Positions 10,782-23,032 of a DNA stretch of 64,000 bases are shown here, one piece after another (the stretch's first letter is position 1; each line of letters starts with the position of its first letter). This DNA is from Saccostrea echinata (lineage: Eukaryota): the NCBI RefSeq assembly GCF_033153115.1, contig NW_026889803.1, positions 1,550,001 to 1,614,000 on the forward strand, written 5' to 3'. A program made the translations under genes and the position numbers. The notes below the pieces were generated by a model. The model saw nothing but the letters and a program-made list of their open reading frames with translations, was not told where the DNA came from and did no database searches.

Positions 10782-13700
10782 GACTTTGAAAGTCTTGGTG
10801 TGTTTGTTGCACAAACGGAACTGGAGCGACGGCAGCAAGAGGAAGAGGATCGACTCTACAGTCAGATGACACTAGAGAGAAGGAAACGGATCAACTCATT
10901 GGAATCCGAAATAAAGCTGGAAAAGGAAAAATTTGTCAAAGACCTTGTGACAAACTTTGAAAAGAAAATCGAAAAGACAAATAAAACTGGCTTTGAAAAA
11001 GAATCCCAAAAGATTGAGGAAGTTTATAAACGCAAACGGGAGGAGAAATTAAAGAATTTAGTTGAAAAACTAAGCGAGGAGGAGAAAATACGAGTTAGTC
11101 AGATGATAGAGAAGCATAGCCAAGAAATGTTGTTCCTTATTGCAGAAAAACTCTGTTTGAGTGAGGTAATTTCTAATAATAATATTAAAGTAAGCATTTG
11201 ATCAAATAAATTCTGGTACCTAGACGTCCTTTTTCCCATACTTAAATTCCCAAGATTTTGTACAAGGCGGTATAGTAATAATTACCTCTACATTTCTAGC
11301 TATCCTCATCAGATTCGGATTGCAGTTCATCTCCCACAATGAACCTGTGTCGCCCTCCTCCGATCGCTCCACCGGAGTTCAGGAGATCCGCTTTGTTTAA
11401 AACTCCTGGAGAATTAGAACACATCGACGAAAAAGTGCTCATTGTATGATTACTGATTTTCTGATTTTGCAAAATAGTTTTGTGAAATATATATATTCAA
11501 AGTTGTTTCAATATTGCTGACAGTTTAACGTTAAAATCCACCTCGAACATCTACAGAATTTTCTTTTTCCAGATTGCCAAAACAGATTATTCTTCCTTTA
11601 CCGACTTGGTTAAAAACCTTATGCAAGACTGTACAAGTGATTTGGAGAAAGCTAGGTATGTGGGTAGTTTAAATTTTTATTTATACTCAAGATAAAAGCT
11701 TAATAGAAAAGCCATACTTCCCCGAAGAAACATAAAGACAAAAGTTGTAAATGAATTTTTACATGAATGTAAAAGTATTCAGTCTTTTCAAAGATGATGC
11801 TCAATTCCAAACATTCAAGTTCAACAATGATTTGTTTTAGGGCTATATTTCGTTGGATTTGCCTAAAGGATCTTAATACAATCGAAATTGATGAAGCAGT
11901 GAGCTCCGAGTCTCCTCTCGGCATTCTCCGTGGAATCAAACAGGGCACAGAAAGTTACCACGATCTCTTCAAAAGACTCTGCAGGTATTCCTATATCCTC
12001 ATCCTTATGATACCAGAATTATTTTGTAAAGAGATGATGTGATATACTAGTATGTGATGATGTGGTAATTTTCAAATACCAGTTATATAGCTGACAAAAT
12101 GTGGAAAGGTTAACTAGAAAAATGATAGACAGAAGCAACACTGAGACTCCCCTCCCCTTCAAAAAAAAAGAGAAAAGAATGAAAAGTAAAAATAAGACAA
12201 AACCTAACAAGAATCATTTTAATTCAAGGTGGTAATTATTTCTGACAGAGTAAAATAAGATCTAAATTCACTTATTTATATAGTAATACTCCGCTATCAT
12301 CTGCATATGGTGTTTACGTCTCTCAACTTATTCGATACTCAAGAACATGCTCCGAGTACGATCAATCTATAAACCAAGGCAGGCTACTGACAGATAAGTT
12401 AATGTTAAAGGGATTTCAAAAAACTCGTTTTAAATCACCATTTTGTCAATTCTATGGTCGTTAAAATGATATTCATACCAATTGTTAGACCTTTGTTTTT
12501 ATAGTCTGGAATTTCCTGTGGTCCGTGTTTTATACCCTTTTCACAGATTTGTATTGTTTGTATATTGTTTTGAGATCGATCACTGTTAACCTTTTTCATG
12601 AATTATTAATATTGCGCCTGCTCCTGCTATCCCATTGAAACAAAATATAATGATATTTTCTGTGTAAAAAAAAACAAATCATAACATATCAATATTAATC
12701 AAAGTTGATCAAGGGACATATCCATTAAACACTAAATTTGTTGGAATTCTTTTTGAAATTCTTATTGTGAAAATAAATTTGTACAGCCTTTCTATTAAAT
12801 AACACGCAAAAAACGGTGCGTTGAATAAAAAATGCAAATCGTACACACCCACAAAACTTTGGACAAATGAAACTCGTGTAAAACAGCGACTTAATAATTA
12901 TCATTCTGTGACTGAAGGACTAGTTTTTAAAGCGGAATGTTTCGATGATGTTCAGTGCAACTGAATCAATAGATATCCTGTTATTTGATATTACCGATGC
13001 CATTAGGGTCCTCTCGGTGACGCTGGTCAAAAGATTAAAAACAAATATGACAACCTTAATAGTGCTTTTCTGACGAGGCCAGACGGTGTGATGACAGTTC
13101 GTCAAGATCCGTTTCCGACAATTTGATGCAGCTTTGTTCTCTGTATTCCGGCATATTGATTTAAAGCCGTTGTTAACTCGGAATTAATGGCATATCAGAA
13201 TAACTCCGCCAAATTAACTTTGAATATTAGTCACCTGTTTTCTTGGTTCGTATTTATGACAAACCTTTCTACCATTTATGCACAATACAAGAAATTGCTA
13301 TAATCTAAAGAAATATTTATTTCAGAGATATTGGTATCCTTTTGTGAAATAGATATCACTCAGACATAAAGAGAGTATTTTATGTCTAAGCGAAATTAAG
13401 TTTTCAAATGTAAAGATGTATATATGTACAATAAAATTCCTTTGATTTTCCTACAGAGAAATAATAGATACTCTATGTAAATTTGTGGAAGATATCTGTT
13501 TCAAAAAAGATAGAGAGATATTTTTGAGAGAAATACCTTTTTTAAAGGAAGATATCTCTATTTTCCCCCTAAAGATTCTTTACAGTTTGCGCTAACTTCT
13601 CTGTGGAAAAAAGATTCTATTTTGGTATTTTAAAAAAATTCTTTTTTTGATATATATCTCTCATTCGTTTGATAGGGATATCTATCTAAATAAAGAGATT

Positions 13701-15265
13701 AGTATAAAAATGTAGATCGCATAAATAGTGAAATAGACTGCAATCGACTGCATCCTTAATAGCATTGATAAACTACAGAACACCATAAGTGTATTTAACA
13801 GCCTGCAAAACACGAATCGGCAACATGATTTTAATGTAATTAAAGTTATTGTTGTTCAAGAGGTATAGTGCAGTTATTTTTCTTCCTCTTGATACTTTTT
13901 TTCCTAATACCATTTATATTTTAAGCTTAAAATTACAGTTATGCTGGGCTTTACTGCGAGATCATCAAAGGATACTCCAAAGGTGCCGGCTACAAACCGG
14001 GGTTGAAATTCGACGGACCGAGATTCCGAAATTCCTGGACGGCAGTGTTTCTTGAGGGATCCTGGTGCTTTATTAACTGTAATTGGGGAGCAAGACACGT
14101 AAAGTGCACCAAGAATTCGACGTTTTATTACCGCTCTGATGAGTTCTACTTTATCACAGACCCAGAGGATCATATTTACCAACACTTTCCAGACAACCCC
14201 AAATGGCAGCTTCTTGAATGTCCAGTGACTCTGACAGAGTTCATCAACCTGCCAGTCGTAAAGTCCCCATTCTTTAACCATGGAATAAAGTTTGCAAATC
14301 ACTACGATTGCACACAGTATACGAACAAAGGTCTTGTGGTCCTCCAGTTTAACATCCCGAATTTGCTCGGGTTTGGATATACTTTTGAGGCCAAGGATTC
14401 CAGTTTAACACCAAATAAATTAGAAGGCCGAGCGATGATTCGAATCATTGGACATAAAGCAATATTTACTGTTGCGCCTCCAAAAGCTGGAAAGTATTAC
14501 TTTACAATCTACGTGAAGGAAGACTGGAACTCGGATTCACTGCAATGTGCATGTGCTTTTAGAGTGAAGTGCAGAGAGAGAAGAGAACATCTCAAAAGTC
14601 CCTTCCCATTGGTGCCATTTTTTGGTCCCACTCCACTGATGTCCAAATTAGACATTTCCCCGCTAACTCACATTGATCCATTAGTTGTTTATAGTTATGA
14701 CGACGTCTTCCTTCGATTCCAAGTCCCCGCAAGCATTATCATATCCTATACCTACCAGTATCATGGACCTTTTCAATGCAATGTTACGGACTTCCAAAGG
14801 TACACTTTTTTGTCTAAAAGAGATCGTGACTCTGTTACTTTTCAGACCAGGTGTCCTGTCATGGGAAAATATGTATTATCTGTCTTTGGTTCAGGAAATG
14901 TGTCAACAGATGAGAACAGTGTGCCGGAAGTTCTATTCAGGTATCTTATTGACTGCAAACAACCCGCCAAAGACAAACGACCACTTCCGAGAGCTTGTCA
15001 TCGCTGGCAGGGAAATTCTTTAATAGAACCTATTGTTGGTGATGTTCCTCTGGGCTCTAGGATGACCTTCAGGATCTGTGCACCTAAGGCATTAGAAGTT
15101 GCCCTTTTGGCGGGAAGTATCTGGCATCATTTTCGGGGACTGCCTGATAATATGTGGGTTGCCAGTGTTTTCACTGGAACCGAAGAATGTAAAGCCAAGA
15201 TATACGCCAAATTCTCACAAGAAAAATGCAGATTCTCGCCACTTGTTGAATTTCACATCAAGTGA
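10782..15265 (+). CDS. Hillarin/LTD-1/KY-like transglutaminase-fold protein, 5' partial; exons 10782-11165, 11300-11443, 11573-11655, 11841-11984, 13939-15265
   Basis: A coiled-coil exon is followed by DLEKAR|AIFRWI, GTESYHDLFKRLCS|YAGL.C.IIKGYSKGAGY, RNSWTAV, NWGARH, DEFYFITDPEDHIYQHFP and WQLL, then Ig-like repeats. Confidence 0.8.
12282..12598 (+). mobile_element. Penelope-like retroelement 3' fragment
   Basis: Translates SNTPLSSAYGVYVSQLIRYSRTCS...LTDKLMLKGF, typical of the region after the Penelope RT. Confidence 0.6.
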
Positions 15266-15559
15266 CATTGTTTATATCCATATATCCATTTCAGAGACAA
15301 TCATGACTGTAACGTTTAAAAAAAAATGCAATGTACAATGCTATTTCCTCGCAAGATAATGGCAGCTTTGTTTTTATATTTGAAGTAAAGTTTTGATAAA
15401 CAAGCGTTGTCTTCATCTGCAAAATCAAAGCTGGGACGAGACGAGGAAAATTTGGTCAACAAAACATTTATTCAACATCACCCTCTCAATAAATAAATAT
15501 TATGACATCATGAAATAATTAAATGAGGTGAGGTCATATTTGTGTATACATAAATATAT

Positions 15560-18352
15560 TCAAAGAACGTTTTTCAACGTTTTAACAATATCATCAACAA
15601 TCCGCACGGCGACATTGAGTTTTAAGGGTCCATGTGGGAAAAACAAAGCATTATGAAAAGCCTCGGGGTAGTAGGCAAGGTGTGCTTCTTCCTCAATTTG
15701 ACTAAGTCGCTCGTAAAACATAATACCATCGTCTCTCACAAAATCATACCCACAAACCATAATGTATGTGTATGGTAAATTTTCAAGGTGGTCATCATCT
15801 GCCAGCAATGGTGAAACTAAAGGATCTAATATTTTGTTCTTTATCCTTTGAAACAGTTTTTCATCACCAGTATCCATCGGCTGTTCCATGTTTTCACGTA
15901 AAACTTCGTCTCGCACATACCGTTTTGGAAGCCAAAGTGTCTGATCAGCATATTCATTTTGAAGTGATTGTTTGAATGAGGGAGATGTGTGGTTGTTATA
16001 TCTGAGGTAGCTTACGTATTTCGGCTCTAGACCAAGGTAGTTTATGACAAACATCAATGAATTCGGGTCATGTATGCTACGATTGAGATACATTGTATTT
16101 TCATTGAAAGCAGTAGTATTAAAATTCACAAACTGAAGAGATGGAACAAGTAACATTTGCATTGCAATTTTAGATTTCATTCGCAGAGAGATGGCGGCAG
16201 CCATATTTCCGCCAGCACTGTCACCTCCAATGGCAATGCGGCTTTTATCTATCCCCATGGTTTCGCTATTTTCTACGACATACTCTACGACTTCGTGGCA
16301 ATCATTAAGCGGGATGGGAAAAGGGAACTGCGGACTTAATCTGTAACTAAAAGTATTAATCTTATTGAGACAGTATCTTTACTTTAAATAGCCTTTAGCT
16401 GCAGAACTATATGTAGCTCTCCAGAAAAAATATTGACAGACTGGAGAGCTACAGTGCCACTCAGAAAAAATTGTATACATGTATTTACTGCGTTCAAAAA
16501 GTTGCGATCGGTGCTGGATTTATTTCTCCAAATTCTTAACGCAATTGCACAAAAGCTCAATTTCGAAAAAAAATCGTTAGACATTTACTATCAATTGCTC
16601 TCGTAGTTGACATTTGAACGAAGCCCGTTGGACTGAATTGTCTTGCAACCCAAAATTGAAGTAGATAAGGGTAAAATAGGTGAAATTTTCGATGGTCTCA
16701 ATTTCATCCCAAGAGGGCTATTAACAATGGATATTGGGAATGTTTTGAAGTGGAAAAAGTAAAAGAATAATTTGTTAAGAACACTTGTAAGTAATATTTT
16801 GAGATGGCAGTTTAAATACACGGAGAAATTGAAAAACAGCGCACTTTTTTGTGCGTAATAAATGCACACATTTTTCAATGGGTGGCACTCTGGTTGTCCT
16901 TCTCGAGCTATATTACAGATCTGCAGTTAAATAGCCTTAAGTTCATCGTCTTCTTTTTTTAAACAAAAATTTAATATTCTTCTTATCTTTAAGTTATAGT
17001 TTACAATATTTAGAAAATATACATAATTACTTAAATCGCTGATTGTTCTAAAATGTGAAATGATTTAACATTCTTACTTTACTGATATTACAACTACGCC
17101 GCTTTCACGTGATATTTTTCTCATCAAGGGGTCATACGAATCTGTCAAGTAAATTTTGAATAAATTTTCTCACTAAGATAATATGAATGTGAAATAATAT
17201 AGAAATTTCAGATACATGTACATTAAATAGTTGATAAAACTTTCAAAAATCACTTTAAATCAAATTGACCAAATTGCAAACTAAAATCCTGTCACAATGG
17301 TGTCTCCATTTATAATTAATACTAATACATGAAGAGTACAAGCAGGATTTATTCAGGTAGTTGTTTTTATTTCTCTGGCTACCCCCCCCCCCCCTTTCAA
17401 AAACGATGCAACGTCCCTGATTTGTATCCACTGACAGCTTACCGACAGATAAAAGACTCCACCCCCCTCCGTGGAGGTAGATGAGGACAGATCGGTCAGT
17501 TTTCCCCAGTCCACTGACCGGCTCATATATCTTCACCCGAACGTCTCGTAAACGTGTGTCAGTTATCTAATGGAAACAGAAAAGGGTATCAGTTTCTACA
17601 GTTTTCGTCAAAAGCCAGTTTGGACATGGAGGGTATTTGGTAAATTCTTTGAACGTAATATTTGCAAAAACCTACACATTCACTAGGGAAGATTGTATTA
17701 TATAATTTAATTAATAAAATTCATTTTAAATAAAACATTTACTACAAATGAATACATTTCAATAAAAAGTACTATAAATGTGTCGGGTTGATAACCTTGA
17801 CTCTGGGGTCATATGGTCCAAGTCCCCAAGGAAATCCAGTTACCATGGTAAGCACAAACCAATCAGCGATCTTTCTGACAAGATCTGAAAATGGTTCCGT
17901 GATTCGCATGTAAACTAAAACGTTTACCTGAAAACATTTTATTTGATTAAACATGAGATCATGATCTGAGACAAGTGTTGATGATGTCCATATATTTTAA
18001 AATTCAATTTTTAAAGAGACAGTGAAGTATTGAAAAATTGGCAAAATTAGAAAGGTTAAAAGGTGATCTTTCAAAAAGAAATCAAGGGTTGTATTCTGTA
18101 ATATTTTAATTGAGGGAAGAGGTTTCAAGTGATTATTGTTCCTTAATGATAAAAATGTAAATATGTTACGTGGCATACCGTGTGACCGTAAGTTTTCATC
18201 ATTGCGTCCATCACTTTGACCTTTAACTTCTCTGGTATGGGCTCCGGAACACGTGCGTCCAGATAAAAGTACAAGAAAAGCGCCACGAGCACAACTAAAG
18301 GTGGCAATACACCACAGTTGTATGCCATGTTGTCAGGACCACGAGCGGTCAT
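15560..18352 (-). CDS. Arylacetamide deacetylase / NCEH1-like GDXG esterase; exons 18352-18179, 17927-17796, 17566-17443, 17141-17078, 16346-15560
   Basis: N-terminal hydrophobic anchor, YLHGGGW, NYRLSP, GDSAGG, GYDFVRDDG and catalytic His in AFHN. Splice phases are consistent. The start could instead be ATG 18328. Confidence 0.88.
16396..16929. mobile_element. MITE with imperfect ~24-bp terminal inverted repeats and a probable 9-bp target duplication (MULE-like)
   Basis: TAGCTGCAGAACTAT... / ...ACAGATCTGCAGTTA, flanked by AATAGCCTT on both sides. Confidence 0.6.
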
Positions 18353-19059
18353 TGTGGGAATCAGTCCATGCCTCGATTAAAATAACACTGTCATCGTGAT
18401 CCGCACCCTGGCCATTTACAGCGCGAACTGATGGCAATGATAACAATCTAAACTGAATTAAAGTGAGGGCGATAGTGACCCAGATAAGACACTACAATTC
18501 TGACCTACACAAAGTCCACACGATGCTGTCAATACTCTAGAGGAAAAAGAAGAAATACAGTCTCCTTTCTTTTTCAATGTAGGATGTGTAGTTGCCCCAT
18601 CTAATCACTGTTGAAATATAGTATTTACATCAGATCACGTGTAAACAGCATTTTAACTTTTGACCCGAGAGTATAAGTACATACTTTTATCCCTTCTGAT
18701 ATTATGTCATATGTGTTAAAACCATAAACAAAAGTTATGTACTCATTTGGCCTAGTGTACTGTGAATGAGCGGGCAAAGACCATTGAGCGAGTGAAGATA
18801 TATAGGGCTTGAAATCAAAGTCTTCAATGTGTCAAAAAAAAACTATAATACTGATGTATAAATGAACTAGTGCAAAGTACATACCGTATTTATAGTCTGT
18901 TGTTTATTCAATAGACATGTTTTGCACTGATTAATATTTGCAAAAGATAACAAAATTATCTTCAGGTTGATTACGAACCTGAAAAGTGTTACAAGTAGAA
19001 TTCATTTAAAGGACTTATCGCATGATTTTTCATCGTGTTATTTTAAAACTTTCCAAAGT

Positions 19060-19573
19060 CAAGGGCGGATCCAGGAATTTTCTAGGGGGATGCCAACTCG
19101 AAATATAATCTGTTGATAAGCGCACACACAATAGAGATCTAACCAAAAGTGAAAACCCATTTCGGGAGGGGACACGTGGACACTTCTCATAGACTTTTCC
19201 AGGCGGGTAGGGGGTCTAAAGTCATTTACTATAAAGTTTTAATAACTTTGAAAATCCCCGGGGAGGGGGAGTTTCCAGACCAGAAAATGTTTGACAAGCG
19301 AAAAAAAGAAAGAAAAAGGGTATAAAGCAAAAGTGGGAAAAAAACTATTTTGTGGGCGGGTGGGGATGGGAGTAGGGGAGCACTTCTCACCTTCGAGCCG
19401 CTTTCCATCATTACATGAACATATAATCTTACCAACTTCACAAGGAATTCTGCTTTTCCTGGGGGGGGGGGTTGTTACAAGGCCAGTTTTGATCATCATT
19501 GTATAAATTTTATAACTAAAAATTCAAGGGGACTAGATCCCCTGAACCCCCTCCCCTGCTTGATCCGCCACTG
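19060..19573. mobile_element. MITE with GGCGGATC termini and a 5-bp target duplication
   Basis: CAAGGGCGGATCC ... GATCCGCCACTG flanked by AAAGT; internal poly-G tracts. Confidence 0.65.
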
Positions 19574-19945
19574 AAAGTAATAGTAACATCATATTATACA
19601 ATATATAACAACAAACCAGTCCGGGCTTTACTTAATTACAATGAAAAGTACAAAGTCCAGACAATTAATTTCCGAGCGGTTATTTCCTTGTGCGGAAGAC
19701 AAGAAGACTATATAAGTCCAATTTGGGTGGAGAATGATTTACAAACAAAAGGAAGGAGGAGGATCCAAAGGATTTTTATTTATAATAATGAGACCAATTT
19801 TACACAATGTTATACATTTTTTTTTAGGTCAATACGATCATATAGCCACCTGAGGAGTACATTATTCACCGAGTCCGAAGGGCGAGAAGAATATTGTACT
19901 TCGAGAGTGGCTAAAGCATCGTATTGACTGAAAAACAGCAATAAG

Positions 19946-20108
19946 CAGACCTATTTTTGTATTTATATGAACAATGATGAAGCAGAATTTGTTCAAAATC
20001 TTATACGTGAAAAGAAGAAAACACTTGCTGTGGCTTTCAACTCGACATTTAGATATATCGACGATGTATTGTCAATTAACAATGGTTATTTCCATTCTTA
20101 TGTCGATG
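19946..20108 (+). mobile_element. Penelope-like RT fragment
   Basis: EAEFVQNLIREKKKTLAVAFNSTFRYIDDVLSINN, containing the YIDD catalytic motif. Confidence 0.7.
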
Positions 20109-22027
20109 TCGATATATATATGTAGAATTTGTCTTTAGGCTGCTGTAGGTAGATATTTTACCACCCGTATGCATATACTTGTCTTTTTCCGATGTAATAT
20201 CATAGAAGTTTAGTCGTATTTAATAAACAGTAAACTTTTTTTGAAAAACATATATTATGCAAAAGGGGGGTTTCATGGAGCGTTTGTAACCAGTTCTTGG
20301 TTTTGTTAAAAACAACAGGACAGTAACTAGGGTATGGTATGATTATTGAATCATATTTTTAAAATATTTAGAACATTCACCAAGTTTATGGAACCGGATG
20401 AATCCCTAATCTTTTCAATCACTTCAGATATGAATATGACAGGAATAAGGGTATCTTTCTACGCTATGAATTGTAATATATCTACCCTTCAAGACCAGTC
20501 CTGAGAATATTGGAATCATGAAACGAATTCCTGCCAATTCCATATGAATACGAGTACTATTATATTAATACACCGATCAATCGAAATCAATGTAACTAGA
20601 TAATAATGGAATATACCTGTAGTCAACCTGGAATATTACATTATTAAAATAAGGATGGTTGGATTTATTTAAACAATAAGATGCTTTCTTTGGTTGTTAG
20701 TACGGGAATTAATGTTGCAGCTGTTGCAGAAAAAATGCATAACCCGCTTACTAACAAAGAAAGAAAGACATTTTATTGTTTAGTTTTATATCTGTGCAAA
20801 TAATTATTTAAAGTAGGATTTCGTAGAAGAAATAGTGTATTATTGATATTTACGTCATTGTACGTTTCATTGATGGAACAGCTACTGCTTCAGAAATCTG
20901 TAGAGGCAACATGCTTAGTGGTGTTTACTGACTGATAAACGGCAATGGTTTTCTTAAGAGTAAAGGAGAAAATATTTAGTGGGTGTAAATATAACAAACA
21001 CTGAACAATGATATAAGGCCAAAGTAAAAAAAAAATTGTTTTCTCTTCCGACCGACCCAATTAAATCATACCCATTCTATACATAGAAAACAAAATTAAT
21101 TTATCTGATGACTTTAATTCACATTAGGTTTGCTTGTCAAGGAATTTTTGGTTAGGTTGTGTCTCCTACCCCAACTGAAAAAATTGCTCTCTTTGTGTCT
21201 GGTATGAACTGTTTGTGTATCAATTGATCTAGAACTCAAATAAAGTTCATGTACAATGGACAGAATATCAGTCTTATTGGAGTAGATTCATTAAGGCGGT
21301 CATCGTTCAAAATTAAGGTTCGGAATGACATAAAGAACTGCGAACGATTGTATTGTTCTGCCGCCTACCTCCAAGTCAATTTTCAAAAGTTAATATATTT
21401 GAATGATTTTTCATATCTCTATAGATATTTATATGAAATGTTTTCACAAAACACAAGTACATAACTTACTTGGAAAAACAAAGAGAGATAACTATATAAT
21501 TTTGGTATAAGTAGTGTTTTTCACTATATAGAAATCAACGGGCAATGGGAAACATTTTTAAAATATCCCCCATATGAAACAAAATTCCTTTTTACAGGTA
21601 TTACAGATTGTTATTTAGCATATTCATGCCAAAGTTTTTGTTGTTTCACCGGGGGGGGGGGGTATGTTTACAGAGCAAATACATCGAAAATGGTTATTTT
21701 ACGGCTAATTTTTAAAAATGGTATACAACTATAAACTTTTACTAAATGAATCAAATATAATTAATTTACATGTCAAACGGAAAGATTAATAGGTTATTTA
21801 TCCACATCCACTTAATGAATTTTGAGTGTTCGTTATCTTCATATATTTCATCCATGGGTATTTCAATTTAAAGTCTGATTTCAATCAAATAAAAACTACA
21901 CCCCCTTATCAAAAAGAGTTGTATTTAACAGTTTTGGAGCTATTAATCAATTACTAATGAAATCAGCTTTGCATTTAAAAAAATGATAGCAATTGCAAAT
22001 ATTTCAAACTTAATGAATTTTGAGTGT

Positions 22028-22285
22028 CAGGCTCGTAGGAAGCAATTTCAGTTGGGGGGGGGGGGGCACAGCCATACATTTTCAGTTGAGGGGGCACTTT
22101 CAACTACCACAAATTTCTTGACAAGCAAAAAAAAAAAAAAAAAAAATGGTCATCAGACGTTTTTATTGAGGGGCACAGGCATATAGTATTTATCTTTTCT
22201 ATAGTAATCTATATATTGGCAAAATTATTGGGGGGGCACGGCCTCCCCCCTGCCCCCCCCCCCCCCCCCGGTTCCTACGGCCATG
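22028..22285. mobile_element. Short MITE-like element with poly-G/poly-C tracts
   Basis: Imperfect inverted termini CAGGCTCGTAGGAA ... TTCCTACGGCCATG. A related fragment lies near 46715-46890. Confidence 0.5.
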
Positions 22286-22372
22286 AGCATGAGTGTGTAA
22301 AATGTAGGCGGGAATCCGGAGTTAACGTTCGCAGTTCTTTGACTGCTGGACAAGCTACACTGTAACTGCAAT

Positions 22373-22442
22373 CTGATTAAAATACAGATCTCTTCATAGC
22401 GCAAAGCGCTTTGCGCTATGAAGAGATCTGTATTTTAATCAG
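22373..22442. repeat. Perfect 70-bp palindrome with no spacer
   Basis: CTGATTAAAATACAGATCTCTTCATAGCGCAAAGC|GCTTTGCGCTATGAAGAGATCTGTATTTTAATCAG, flanked by the direct repeat AACTGCAA. Confidence 0.95.
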
Positions 22443-23032
22443 GCTAACTGCAACTAAACTAAAGAAAGATAACTCTCAGTAATCAAAATTAGACGCTTTA
22501 TTGTCAATATACGAAGTCTCCTACATGAATAAACATGTAAACAGCTCACATAACACTTACAATACAAAATATGTCAAGTAAATTGTAAAATCCTTAAAAA
22601 TCAAGTTAAAAAATCAGATAAGAGTGGCCTTATGGGTCATGTAGAAATTTGTCAAATTTTGCTAAAATTATGTACATTCCTACAACAAAGTAAAAATTAA
22701 AATCTTGACACCTATTCTGATATAACAATTATTTACACATACCAGTGATTTACATTAACAATATTTCAATTACTAGTATAATTACACTATTTCAATCAAT
22801 GAAAAACAAGAAAAGAGGAAATGGGCAGATGGCAAAAAATTCACAAATAAAAAGGTTACAAATAAAATAATCATGTACAAATAAAATGCATGTACAAAAA
22901 ATTTAATATTTAAGTACATTAACATGCATTCTTTTGATCTCTCAGGATCTGGATTACCTTTAATACATTCACACTGATGTAATGATATTTAGAACACATA
23001 GCCTGGTGTATATTTCATTTTCTTGATCATTA

